From contig DAOQTX010000002.1 in assembly GCA_035340715.1 (NCBI GenBank), positions 1,537 through 65,536 on the forward strand: DNA of 64,000 bases. The letters are read 5' to 3'. Positions 22,347 to 32,009 of the stretch are shown here, one piece after another. The stretch's first letter is position 1; each line of letters begins with the position of its first letter. This DNA comes from Bacteroidia bacterium. Its GTDB lineage: Bacteria; Bacteroidota; Bacteroidia; AKYH767-A; OLB10. The notes under the pieces are model-generated. The model made no database searches. It was given only the letters and a program-made list of their open reading frames with translations, and was not told the DNA's origin. The position numbers and the translations under genes were made by a program.

Positions 22347-22592
22347 TAGATACTATACAGCTATAATCATGACATTGCATCACTATTCAATTATGAAAAT
22401 TTGAATAAACATGATGCTGCAGATATAGTCGTCTCAAATAAGCTGCCACAATTGGGTGGTGATGGTGGTGTAATTGTTCTTGATACAAAAGGCAACTTTC
22501 ATATGACGTTTTGCACTGATGGTATGTATAGAGGTTTTATCAATTCTAATGATAAACCTCATGTTTTTATCTATCAAGATGAAATACACTAA
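22347..22592 (+). pseudogene. C-terminal remnant of isoaspartyl peptidase / L-asparaginase (Ntn-hydrolase)
   Basis: KLPQLGGDGGVIVLDTKGNFHMTFCTDGMYRGF matches the extreme C-terminus of plant-type asparaginases. The frame is open from the stop at 22347. No upstream catalytic part is present, and a carbonic anhydrase gene occupies the space upstream. Confidence 0.6.
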
Positions 22593-22653
22593 ACACTAAA
22601 GCTGTTGTTAAAATTTAATTAGAGAATAAAGGTCTTTAACTCAATTAAAAACC

Positions 22654-22661
22654 TATTTTTG
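22654..22661 (+). promoter_or_regulatory. Bacteroidota -7 promoter motif TAttTTTG upstream of the desaturase gene
   Basis: TATTTTTG lies 18 nt upstream of the ATG at 22680. The track start at 22659 is a TTG inside this motif. Confidence 0.45.
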
Positions 22662-22679
22662 CACAAATCTGATAATTTA

Positions 22680-23777
22680 ATGGCAGAATCAATACATAAA
22701 ACGCTAAGCTACTTAAAGCCAGTCGATAAAGACTTCTTCAAAACCTTGAAGGAAAGAGTAGATGCATATTTTATTCAAAATAAGATTGAAAAATCTGGTG
22801 ATTGGAGAATGAAATTGAAGACGGTGGCTATGCTGACCATGTATTTTGTTCCTTATTTTTTAATCGTTACCGATCATCATTACAATATAGGCGTCTATTT
22901 TTTGCTTTGGGTTATTATGGGTTTTGGAATGGCCGGTATAGGTTTATCCGTTATGCACGATGCCATACATGGAGCCTATTCTTCAAATAAGACTTTAAAT
23001 AAAGTTGTTGGTGAGGTAATTAACCTGATTGGGGGATATTCTATTAATTGGAAAATTCAACACAATGTTTTACATCATGCATTTACCAATGTTCATGGTG
23101 TTGATGAAGATATAGATGCAGGGAAATTGTTGCGTTTTTCACCCCATGCCGAGAGATTTTCTTTTCATAGATTTCAACATGTATATGCATGGTTTTTATA
23201 CGGATTAATGACTTTATTCTGGGCAACCGGAAAAGATTTTACTCAACTCAAGCGATACTATAACATGGGCTTAGTAAAAACAAAAGTGTTGTATCGTAAA
23301 AAGGTTGCATTATTGATTCTTGTTAAATCTTTGTACTATATCTATGTGATTGGAATTCCATTGGTGTTTAGTTCACTGCCTTGGTATTTTACAATTCTCG
23401 GATTTTTAAGCATGCATTTTACAGCAGGGTTAATCTTATCTTCAATTTTTCAGCCGGCTCATGTGATGGAGACTTCAGACTTTCCAAATCCGGGTAAAAA
23501 CGGAACAATTGAAAATACATGGGCGATGAATCAACTTCAAAACACCTGTAATTTTGCCCCAAAGAGTAGACTTTTTTCATGGTATGTAGGAGGACTCAAT
23601 TTTCAGATAGAACATCATTTGTTTCCGAATATATGCCATATTCATTACAAAAAACTTTCTGCCATTGTACAGCAAGTAACTGCCGAGTTTCAGTTGCCTT
23701 ATTATGTTCTGCCTACGTTTGCTAAAGCATTAGTGGATCATGGTGTAATGCTAAAAAAGCTAGGTCAAACCAACTGA
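22680..23777 (+). CDS. membrane fatty-acid desaturase
   Basis: Three histidine boxes (HDAIHG, HNVLHH, HHLFP) and multiple transmembrane segments. Confidence 0.8.
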   Translation: MAESIHKTLSYLKPVDKDFFKTLKERVDAYFIQNKIEKSGDWRMKLKTVAMLTMYFVPYFLIVTDHHYNIGVYFLLWVIMGFGMAGIGLSVMHDAIHGAYSSNKTLNKVVGEVINLIGGYSINWKIQHNVLHHAFTNVHGVDEDIDAGKLLRFSPHAERFSFHRFQHVYAWFLYGLMTLFWATGKDFTQLKRYYNMGLVKTKVLYRKKVALLILVKSLYYIYVIGIPLVFSSLPWYFTILGFLSMHFTAGLILSSIFQPAHVMETSDFPNPGKNGTIENTWAMNQLQNTCNFAPKSRLFSWYVGGLNFQIEHHLFPNICHIHYKKLSAIVQQVTAEFQLPYYVLPTFAKALVDHGVMLKKLGQTN

Positions 23778-23836
23778 TTCATCTGATTTCCATTTCAAGT
23801 ATTGATCGTTTAGTAGTCATTCAATACTTTTATAAA

Positions 23837-24538
23837 ATGAAAAATAATTTCTTAGCGGTTTTGCTGGCAGCCTCTTGTCTTTTTTTTTCTTGTAATACAG
23901 CAACACAAATATTAAGTACTCTTCCTACACCCTTAACGGAATATGAAGTTGTTGAAGGGCTAAAAGAAGCGTTAACTATTGGAAGTAACAATGCAGGAAA
24001 TCTATTGCATAAAGAAGATGCATTCTTTAAAAATCAAATCATAAAAATTCTCTTTCCACCTGAAGTAGCCGATATGGAGAAAAAGCTCAGGGCGATTGGT
24101 ATGGGTTCAGAGATCGATAAATTAATTCTTACTATGAATAGAGCTGCAGAAAAGGCAGCGGTTGAAGCCATCCCTATATTTTCAAATGCTGTAGCTCAAA
24201 TGAGTATTCAGGATGGTATGACCATTTTGAAAGGAAAAGACAATGAAGCAACTCTTTATCTGAAGAAACATACGTATGAGTCTTTGAAGAATGCATTTCA
24301 ACCTAAAGTTAAAGAGTCTCTTAACTCAGTAGGTTTCTTTTCTATTTGGAATCCGTTGATGAATACGTATAATCAACTTCCATTTATAACTAAAGTAGAT
24401 CCAGATTTGGATAAATATGTTACTGAAAAATCATTAGACGGCCTGTTTGTTACCTTAGCAAAGGAGGAATATAAAATTAGAAAGGACCCGGTGGCCCGAG
24501 TAACAGATTTATTGAAGAAAGTATTCGGCTCAATTTGA
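23837..24538 (+). CDS. lipoprotein, DUF4197-like
   Basis: Lipoprotein signal peptide (FFSC). EGLKEAL...DGLF...RVTDLLKKVFG resembles the Bacteroidota DUF4197 family. Confidence 0.5.
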   Translation: MKNNFLAVLLAASCLFFSCNTATQILSTLPTPLTEYEVVEGLKEALTIGSNNAGNLLHKEDAFFKNQIIKILFPPEVADMEKKLRAIGMGSEIDKLILTMNRAAEKAAVEAIPIFSNAVAQMSIQDGMTILKGKDNEATLYLKKHTYESLKNAFQPKVKESLNSVGFFSIWNPLMNTYNQLPFITKVDPDLDKYVTEKSLDGLFVTLAKEEYKIRKDPVARVTDLLKKVFGSI

Positions 24539-24592
24539 TGTTCATCCTTAGTTCAGTATACACACGTACATTACATAAAACGATAATAGCGC

Positions 24593-25042
24593 ATGAAATA
24601 TCTTAGTTGTTTCTTAATTTATTTTTCTTTGTTGGCTAATGCAGTTACAGCGCAAAGCATATCACCAACCACTACAGATGAGTATCAATTTTGCACAGTT
24701 GGATATCGAATTCAATTGCAAACTAAATTAGATATGAAACAAGGTTACTCGTTAAAGGATTTGCCAGAGATAGATCATGTGGTTCGTAAAATGGAATTCA
24801 AAGCCTTATTTAGAAAAGGAGAAACTAAGCCTTGCGCTATCATCATGATTTATTCTCTTCCACGTGTGGCTCCTGTCTATTATTGTTTACCTACTTATGA
24901 TGCAGATCAAGCCCTATGGGATTTGTTCTACAGCAGTTTAGAATCGAAAGAAGAAAATCCAATGGATAAGCTGCATTTCTTCTCATATTGCATAGCCAAA
25001 GCGGGAATGTATTTAAGCAATCCTAATTGGGACACAAAATAA
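24593..25042 (+). CDS. hypothetical secreted protein
   Basis: Signal peptide. No motif I can recognise. Confidence 0.4.
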   Translation: MKYLSCFLIYFSLLANAVTAQSISPTTTDEYQFCTVGYRIQLQTKLDMKQGYSLKDLPEIDHVVRKMEFKALFRKGETKPCAIIMIYSLPRVAPVYYCLPTYDADQALWDLFYSSLESKEENPMDKLHFFSYCIAKAGMYLSNPNWDTK

Positions 25043-25125
25043 GTTCAACAGTTTTCGGCTGATAACAAATACAAAGCTTAGTTTTTTCGATTGAATAATT
25101 TGTAACCTTGTCATCGAATCGATTT

Positions 25126-26376
25126 ATGGCAAGTCAAAAGCAAGATCCACTATCTTCATTAAGAAAACCAGCATTCCGATTTTTTGTTGCCGGTCGCTTT
25201 GGTCACTTCTTGGCCATACAAATGGTGATGACTACCATCAATTTGCAAATCTATTTTGAATACATCAAAAACGTGTTTAAATTAGGTTTATTAGGTTTGG
25301 CAGAAGCTGTTCCATTTATACTGCTCAGTTTCTTTACAGGTCTTTTAGCCGATAAGTATTATCGCAAGAGACTTATACAGTATGGTCAAATTTTATTTTT
25401 TATACTAACCGTCATTCTGTATTTGTTTACCACATCTCATTTTGATTATTTGAAACAGTATGGAACAACTCCAATTTTTATCATAGTTGTACTTTTGGGA
25501 GTTCAACGTGCTTTTATATCTCCTTCCATGCATGCATTCATGGCTCAACTCATTCCAAGGACAGATTATGCCAATGCAGCTACTATCAACTCCAGTGCAT
25601 TTCATATAGCGGCAATAGCTGGTCCTGCTATTAGTGGAATGCTCTATGCATGGGTTGGGGCAGGTACATCATATCTTATTTTTTTATCGATCATTGTTTT
25701 ATCGTATCTGTCTATTCACAAAACACCGGACATTCCTGTTCCTAAAAGTGAAAGTAAAGAGACAGCTTGGCAAAAGGTTACTGCCGGCATAAAGTTTGTT
25801 TATCATAAGCAAGTTTTATTAAGTGCATTGACATTAGATTTATTTGCCGTTTTATTCGGAGGGGCAATTGCTTTAATGCCCGCATTTGCAGATCAAGTCT
25901 TGAATTCCGGTCCCGAAGTTGCTGGATGGCTCAGAACTGCTCCTGCTATTGGAGCATTGATCATGACTGTTTATCTCATCTACCATCCGCCCATGACAAA
26001 AAGCGGAACGAAAATGTTATGGAATGTTGCAGGTTTCGGATTGGCTACAATTTTGTTTGCATTGTCAACAAACCTTTGGCTTAGCCTTTTTTTAATGATG
26101 CTCACTGGAGCTTTTGATATGGTGAGTGTAATGATTAGACATACCATTGTACAGTTATTGACACCAGATGATATGCGTGGAAGGGTATCTGCTATCAACA
26201 GCATCTTTATCGGATCCAGCAATGAAATTGGTGCATTTGAAAGTGGCGTAGCAGCGCGTTTGCTCGGATTGATTCCTTCAGTAATATTCGGAGGAATGAT
26301 GACTATAGCTACCGTTGGGGCAGTATCCTTAAAAGCACCGAAGCTGCGTAAGTTGAATATTTCCGAAATCCAATAA
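25126..26376 (+). CDS. MFS transporter
   Basis: About twelve hydrophobic segments and a typical MFS loop motif. The track start at 25108 is a TTG; the first ATG is at 25126. Confidence 0.7.
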   Translation: MASQKQDPLSSLRKPAFRFFVAGRFGHFLAIQMVMTTINLQIYFEYIKNVFKLGLLGLAEAVPFILLSFFTGLLADKYYRKRLIQYGQILFFILTVILYLFTTSHFDYLKQYGTTPIFIIVVLLGVQRAFISPSMHAFMAQLIPRTDYANAATINSSAFHIAAIAGPAISGMLYAWVGAGTSYLIFLSIIVLSYLSIHKTPDIPVPKSESKETAWQKVTAGIKFVYHKQVLLSALTLDLFAVLFGGAIALMPAFADQVLNSGPEVAGWLRTAPAIGALIMTVYLIYHPPMTKSGTKMLWNVAGFGLATILFALSTNLWLSLFLMMLTGAFDMVSVMIRHTIVQLLTPDDMRGRVSAINSIFIGSSNEIGAFESGVAARLLGLIPSVIFGGMMTIATVGAVSLKAPKLRKLNISEIQ

Positions 26377-26452
26377 TCTTGAAATAAATTGATAAATGAT
26401 TTGCTTCTTAAAATCTTCAATGATATATTTGTGATATCAAAATAATATCACC

Positions 26453-27307
26453 ATGATCAGAGAAAAATTATACAAACCAATTTCAGGCTACCTTATGGTA
26501 GTAGTATCAATCGCTTTATTAATCTTTGCAATCTTTTGTTTTGTTCAATCTAATGTATTAGCAGGAATTGGATTGGCTGTATTAACCTTGTTCAGTTTGA
26601 TTGGCTTATTTGTAGTTAATCCAAACGATAGCAAAGTATTGACCCTTTTTGGAACCTACTCTGGAACGGTTAAACAAAGTGGTTTTCAGTGGGTGAATCC
26701 ATTTATGATGCGTAAGCACATTTCGCTTCGAGCGCGCAATTTAAATGGTCAATCTTTAAAAGTTAACGATATGGTAGGTAATCCTATTGAGATTGCCGCA
26801 GTTATTGTTTGGAGGGTTGAAGATACTGCTAAAGCTGCCTTTGAGGTAGATAACTATGTTCAGTACGTCAATATCCAAAGCGAAGCGGCCGTACGGCATT
26901 TAGCAGGTGCATTTCCTTATGATGCTTTTGACGATCAACAAGCAGAAGTAACATTAAGGGCTGGAGCGGATAAAGTAAATCATATTTTGGAGCAAGAACT
27001 GAATGAGCGTTTAGCTCCAGCCGGAATAGTAGTCATCGAGGCACGAATCAGTCACTTGGCATACTCACCTGAAATTGCGCAAGCGATGTTGCAGCGTCAA
27101 CAAGCAACTGCTATTGTATCGGCCAGAATTAAAATTGTGGAAGGTGCAGTTGGGATGGTTGAAATGGCACTTGAAAAATTGGCTGATAAAAAAGTTGTTG
27201 ATCTAGATGAAGAACGAAAAGCAGCAATGGTATCCAATTTATTGGTCGTATTGTGTGGCGATAGAAATGCGTCACCGGTTGTAAATGCCGGAACCTTACA
27301 TCACTAA
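26453..27307 (+). CDS. SPFH/band-7 domain membrane protein
   Basis: N-terminal transmembrane anchor followed by a band-7 core. 284 aa. Confidence 0.7.
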   Translation: MIREKLYKPISGYLMVVVSIALLIFAIFCFVQSNVLAGIGLAVLTLFSLIGLFVVNPNDSKVLTLFGTYSGTVKQSGFQWVNPFMMRKHISLRARNLNGQSLKVNDMVGNPIEIAAVIVWRVEDTAKAAFEVDNYVQYVNIQSEAAVRHLAGAFPYDAFDDQQAEVTLRAGADKVNHILEQELNERLAPAGIVVIEARISHLAYSPEIAQAMLQRQQATAIVSARIKIVEGAVGMVEMALEKLADKKVVDLDEERKAAMVSNLLVVLCGDRNASPVVNAGTLHH

Positions 27308-27318
27308 GATTGCAAATA

Positions 27319-27483
27319 ATGAGTGCCAAAAAACCATTTGCTTTGCGTATCAGTTCTGAAATTATGAAGGGTGTTGAGAAATGGGCTGCAGATGACTTTA
27401 GAAGTGTTAATGGTCAAATTGAGTATCTATTGCATAAAGCTTTGTTGGAAAGCAAAAGAATTAAAGAGAAAAAGAAAGAGTAA
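27319..27483 (+). CDS. Arc-family ribbon-helix-helix DNA-binding protein (54 aa), absent from the ORF track
   Basis: KPFALRISSEIMKGVEKWAADDFRSVNGQIEYLLHKAL matches the Arc/MetJ-like RHH signature (F-x-L-R...RS-x-N-x-x-I-E). Begins 11 nt after the SPFH stop. Confidence 0.6.
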   Translation: MSAKKPFALRISSEIMKGVEKWAADDFRSVNGQIEYLLHKALLESKRIKEKKKE

Positions 27484-27488
27484 GTGAA

Positions 27489-28181
27489 TTAAAGCAAAGA
27501 CGATAACTCTTCTAGCTTATTTATTTTATAGGTGCTGGGAACTTTTGCTTTTTTATTATCTGGATTAAACCAAACAGTGTCCCAACCCGAATTATATGCG
27601 CCATTAATATCGGTTTCTTCATTATCGCCAATCATTAAACAACTGCTGAAAATGGAACTGCATTTTTTTTCAGCGAATTTAAAAATCTGGGGATTCGGTT
27701 TTTGGTATCCTACTTCTTCCGATATTATGATATGATTAAAATGATCGATCAACCCTGAACTTATTAGCTTTATATGTTGAACTTCTTTGAATCCATTGGT
27801 AATGATATGAAGTTTGTATTTTTCTTTTAATTGAGAAATTATCTCAAGAGCACCTGGAATGAGTTTTCCTCTGTAAGGAGATCGCTTAACATATTCATCA
27901 GCAAAAAATTGAGCAAGTTCTTTCGTGTTCTTAAAGTTCAGTTCTTTAAATACTTTTCTGAATCGTGTAATTCGTAACTCTTCTTTCTTAATTCTTCCTT
28001 GATGATACGCTTTCCATAATTCTTCATTGGTATGCTGGTAGATGCTAAAAAAGTGGTCAAATGGAGTAAACTCTTGTAAATGGGTTTCATTATACAATTC
28101 CAATAAGGTTTCTTTAGAATTATGATTAAAGTCCCATAAAGTGTGATCGAGATCAAAAAAAATATGATCGTATTGGTTCAT
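27489..28181 (-). CDS. HAD-superfamily hydrolase, YjjG-like 5'-nucleotidase subfamily
   Basis: DxDxT motif in IFFDLDHTLWDF, followed by ITNG and GDNEETD. Confidence 0.7.
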   Translation of the reverse strand: MNQYDHIFFDLDHTLWDFNHNSKETLLELYNETHLQEFTPFDHFFSIYQHTNEELWKAYHQGRIKKEELRITRFRKVFKELNFKNTKELAQFFADEYVKRSPYRGKLIPGALEIISQLKEKYKLHIITNGFKEVQHIKLISSGLIDHFNHIIISEEVGYQKPNPQIFKFAEKKCSSIFSSCLMIGDNEETDINGAYNSGWDTVWFNPDNKKAKVPSTYKINKLEELSSLL

Positions 28182-28753
28182 TCAAATAGATTCTCTTGTA
28201 AAGATTTCAAAGTAAAAACATCGTATAACTCAAACAACGTTACCATTAGGACCGACCAAAATGTAATACTGATCAACATATAAAGAAATATTTTTCTTCG
28301 CTTTTCTACCAAACTATTTGCTACCACTGTGCCAATGGGAATGGATAATATTACTGGAGTAATGATTGCAATACCGGCAAGGCCATACTTTTGCCAAATT
28401 TTTACCAAACGTCTATTTCGTTTTGTAAAAACTTTTTTCTCTTCAGCTTTTGTTATGTAAGTGTATGTTACTTCAATATCGGAATTAGCATCGGTAATGG
28501 GTTTGGAAAAGGTATCCTTCTTCTTTCTTAGGCCGAAGCGAATGAATGAAAATATTTTCTTCCAAGCCATCAATATGTAAGGCGAGAAAAATGTGAACAC
28601 AAATACGCCCAACATTCCACCACTAACGCAATATAATATGGTTTCAAAAAATCCGAAATCGTACCTTGAATCGTAATACGCAAATGCAGGCCCTGCAACA
28701 AATTTAACACTGCTCAACAGGATTACCAGTAAGATTTTAACTAATTCGTTCAA
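28178..28753 (-). CDS. small multipass membrane protein, hypothetical
   Basis: Four hydrophobic segments. 4-nt overlap with the HAD gene. Confidence 0.45.
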   Translation of the reverse strand: MNELVKILLVILLSSVKFVAGPAFAYYDSRYDFGFFETILYCVSGGMLGVFVFTFFSPYILMAWKKIFSFIRFGLRKKKDTFSKPITDANSDIEVTYTYITKAEEKKVFTKRNRRLVKIWQKYGLAGIAIITPVILSIPIGTVVANSLVEKRRKIFLYMLISITFWSVLMVTLFELYDVFTLKSLQENLFE

Positions 28754-28756
28754 TGC

Positions 28757-29410
28757 TTACACTTTTGTTCCATAAGCTAAATCACCTGCATCTCCCAACC
28801 CGGGAACGATATAGGATTTAACTGTCAGTTCTTCATCAACTGCGGCTGTCCATATATGTGTGCCAAATGGAAGATGAGCTTTTACGTATTCTATTCCTTG
28901 TTTGCTTGAGATGGCAGAAACAAAATGTACTTGCGATGGTTTGCCTTTTTCTAAAAGCGCATTAAAAGCAACTACAGCAGAAGATCCGGTTGCCAACATA
29001 GGATCACTAATAATTACGATTCGATTGTCGAGTGAAGGTGCAGAGAGGTACTCGAATTTTATTTCGAATGAACCATCTTTGTGATGATGTCGATAAGCCG
29101 AAACAAATGCATTGTCCGCACGGTCGAAATAATTTAAAAGACCTTGATGGAGAGGAATGCCCGCTCTTAAAATAGTAGCTAAAACCGGCTGTTGATCAGG
29201 ATAATTTATCTTCGCAATGCCCAGTGGAGTAGTAGTCTCAATTGTTTCATAACTCAATTGCTTACTCAGTTCATATGCAATGACTTCACCAATTCGTTCT
29301 AAATTCCTTCTAAAGCGCATACGGTCGTTTTGAATTTTTACATCTCTTATCTCACCAAGAAAAACATTTAGAATAGAATTGTCTGTGTTGAGTATGTGTA
29401 GTGTTGACAT
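28757..29410 (-). CDS. upp: uracil phosphoribosyltransferase
   Basis: ILRAG, DPMLATGSS and PGLGDAGD motifs. Colinear with E. coli Upp. Confidence 0.85.
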   Translation of the reverse strand: MSTLHILNTDNSILNVFLGEIRDVKIQNDRMRFRRNLERIGEVIAYELSKQLSYETIETTTPLGIAKINYPDQQPVLATILRAGIPLHQGLLNYFDRADNAFVSAYRHHHKDGSFEIKFEYLSAPSLDNRIVIISDPMLATGSSAVVAFNALLEKGKPSQVHFVSAISSKQGIEYVKAHLPFGTHIWTAAVDEELTVKSYIVPGLGDAGDLAYGTKV

Positions 29411-29413
29411 ATA

Positions 29414-30127
29414 TTAGTATAAACCTCCGTTAATATGAATATTTTGACCTGTAATGTAATTTGATTGTTCTTGTAAAAGATACAGTAAACAATTGATAAT
29501 GTTTAACGGATCACCTAATATTTTTTTTGGAATTTTATTGATGATCTCATTTGTTTGCTCTGAATTGAGTTCGCTAATCATACCCGTGTTAAAGTAACCG
29601 GGTGATATTTGATTAACAGTGATATTGGTTTTGGCCGTTTCTAATGCCAGAGATTTGGTTAAACCCCATAAACCTGATTTCGATGCTGCATACGCAGAGG
29701 CCCCAGCTACTCCGGTACTTGCTACTATACTTGAAATATTTATTATTCTACCAAACTGGTTTTGCTTCATTATTGGAATTACATACTTTGAACATAAAAG
29801 TGGAGCTGTTAAATTTACCGCCAAAGTATCGTTCCATCTTTGCAGATCAATCTTCCAACTAATGGCATTGTAGTTCACTCCTGCATTATTTATCAATACA
29901 TCAATTTTACCGTGTTGTTGTATCGCATCATTAATTCCCTTTTGAATTTGATCTTCATCTCTTAAATCAACTTTATGCAAACTAATGCTTTGATCAGTTA
30001 ATAGAGTAGGTGAGGGCTCATTCTGTAAATAGAATAGTGCAAGTGAATAGCCTGCCTTTGCTAATCCTTGAGCTAGAGCTGTTCCCAATCCTCCTGATGA
30101 ACCTGTGATGAGTGCGACCTTTTTCAT
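29414..30127 (-). CDS. SDR-family oxidoreductase (FabG-like)
   Basis: TGSSGGLG cofactor motif, NNAG, and the S...YxxxK catalytic residues (YAASK). Confidence 0.8.
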   Translation of the reverse strand: MKKVALITGSSGGLGTALAQGLAKAGYSLALFYLQNEPSPTLLTDQSISLHKVDLRDEDQIQKGINDAIQQHGKIDVLINNAGVNYNAISWKIDLQRWNDTLAVNLTAPLLCSKYVIPIMKQNQFGRIINISSIVASTGVAGASAYAASKSGLWGLTKSLALETAKTNITVNQISPGYFNTGMISELNSEQTNEIINKIPKKILGDPLNIINCLLYLLQEQSNYITGQNIHINGGLY

Positions 30128-31020
30128 TTTGTTATACCTAATATGCTTTTGATCGATTTGTTTTGCAAGCGTAAATATACAAAGTCATCTGCTCCAAACC
30201 CCTTAAAAAATTGTGCAACACCTTTTACTGAGGATCCCCCAAAATCAAAACAGTCATATTTGTCTTTGTAATATTGTATGGCATCATACATGAGCAGATG
30301 CATTGATCCGCTTTTCTTGCCTTGATCACTGCTGCCTCCTTTTAAATACGTCACACATTTACCTGATATAATAAAACAAGCAGCGGCACAAACATTTCCT
30401 TCCAAGTCCACCACTTCCCAAAATTCAGCTTTTTGTTTTTGTTGGAGTTGTTTCATTAAATTCTCAAGAACATTTAAGTGATCACTCTGCAATTCTTTTA
30501 TTTGATTAAAAGCTGAGCTTTTGAATAAATTCATCACTGATTCTAGTGATCCATTGATCGTTCTATGTGACAAGCGTTTTGATTTCTTTATGTTGCGAAC
30601 ATGGTTTTCAGAAAATGTACTTATCAAATCTATTGATCTATCTTTAAAGGAAATGGCTTGATAATGACGTTCACTGATTTTTGTGTTAATCGGTATTTCA
30701 ATGGGCCTTTGCTCCACTTGGATGTCAAAGGTTCTATACGTTTTAAAAAGAGTAGTATAGAATGGATTGGGATCTATATCTTCTTTGCTGTGGATGGAAA
30801 TATACCTGCTGAAAATAGGTTGGCTTAAGTAACTATATCCAAATTTGCTCTGTTCAGGCACGGGCATCACTGCTTTATAATCTCCATGTATCAGGCCCTT
30901 CCAATTGGTATTTAAAGAGTCTAGGTAAATGCTCTCAGAAAAGATAGATGCATTTTTTGATTCTAAAATACATTGATCCCACCTTGAACGGTTTATATTC
31001 TCATTATGAATCAGATTCAT
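30124..31020 (-). CDS. FemAB-like / GNAT-fold acyltransferase (BioF2-like acetyltransferase domain), putative
   Basis: 298 aa. The C-terminal segment AAACFIISGKCVTYLKGGSSDQGKKSGSMHLLMYDAIQY resembles the FemAB/Acetyltransf_6 families. 4-nt overlaps on both sides. Confidence 0.4.
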   Translation of the reverse strand: MNLIHNENINRSRWDQCILESKNASIFSESIYLDSLNTNWKGLIHGDYKAVMPVPEQSKFGYSYLSQPIFSRYISIHSKEDIDPNPFYTTLFKTYRTFDIQVEQRPIEIPINTKISERHYQAISFKDRSIDLISTFSENHVRNIKKSKRLSHRTINGSLESVMNLFKSSAFNQIKELQSDHLNVLENLMKQLQQKQKAEFWEVVDLEGNVCAAACFIISGKCVTYLKGGSSDQGKKSGSMHLLMYDAIQYYKDKYDCFDFGGSSVKGVAQFFKGFGADDFVYLRLQNKSIKSILGITK

Positions 31021-32009
31021 ACATTACTTTTTAAAAAATACTCATAGTTAACAAACTCATGTTTGTCGCAATTATTTTTGATGAAAGTATGCAATCGATT
31101 AAACGAATACTCACTCATAGCTTTAGGATGTGAGAGGACCACCATACAATCCTTTCCATCTTTTAAGATTTGCTTTTGACTTTTATTTAAAAGTCTTGCG
31201 TTATATCCATCCACACTAATATATTGTCTGGTTCTTTGAGTTAATATTCTCTGTCTAAATCCCTTTTCCATTATGGGCAATCCATCTCCTATGGGTTTGT
31301 GTAAGCGTGGATTCAATCTTCCCAACACATATAATATCCAATAAAAAGTAGGGTTTACCATTCTACTCGAAACTGGAATCTCCAAGAAGGATCCATTGTG
31401 ATCTTCCTCAGCCGGATTGTCTTCAAAACGATATTGACATTTATCGGGTGCCGATCTAAAATCATATTCGTAATGCTCACTGCTTTTATATTCATTCACA
31501 ATCACAGATGAATCTATTCGAATATTAAGATCAATAAGAGCTTGCTTAAAATAGGAGAACGGTTGAATACACCATCCACCGGCTCTGAAAGCTGATCCTA
31601 ACTTGATATTATGTTTTTGAATGGAATGAGCATATTTAAGTATTATTTGCTTCGCTTCTGCTTTATTGAAATCGGATAATTTGTAACGATGCGTGTTAAA
31701 GATCCATTTCGTTTCCTCCAAAACTGCATCTTCCCAATGCGGATGAACATGCAAATACACTGAACTTTCGGATTCATTGATTGAGATTAAATGACTTAAT
31801 AATTTTTGATGCTGTTCTTTTGCATAAATATTGTTTTCTTTCTGCTCTTCAAGTTTACTGATCAATCCTGCATCAAAAAAGAAATTAAATGGAATAGAAA
31901 ACTCCTTGCTTATTTTTAGCAAGCGTTCACCAGGTTGTATGATGCATTTTTCTACGCTCCCGCTTTGTCCAAAGTATAATTCATGATCAAATGTGAGAAG
32001 GATCTTCAT
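31017..32009 (-). CDS. polysaccharide-deacetylase-like (NodB/DUF2334-like) hypothetical protein
   Basis: N-terminal KILLTFDHELYFG is reminiscent of the TFDD motif of the NodB fold. 330 aa. Confidence 0.35.
   Translation of the reverse strand: MKILLTFDHELYFGQSGSVEKCIIQPGERLLKISKEFSIPFNFFFDAGLISKLEEQKENNIYAKEQHQKLLSHLISINESESSVYLHVHPHWEDAVLEETKWIFNTHRYKLSDFNKAEAKQIILKYAHSIQKHNIKLGSAFRAGGWCIQPFSYFKQALIDLNIRIDSSVIVNEYKSSEHYEYDFRSAPDKCQYRFEDNPAEEDHNGSFLEIPVSSRMVNPTFYWILYVLGRLNPRLHKPIGDGLPIMEKGFRQRILTQRTRQYISVDGYNARLLNKSQKQILKDGKDCMVVLSHPKAMSEYSFNRLHTFIKNNCDKHEFVNYEYFLKSNV

Noticed and set aside
22401-22592. Treating the 63-aa ORF as an independent small protein gene
   Set aside because: The sequence is the recognisable C-terminus of an Ntn-hydrolase asparaginase, with the frame open upstream to a stop and no catalytic N-terminal part. 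A gene remnant explains it better.
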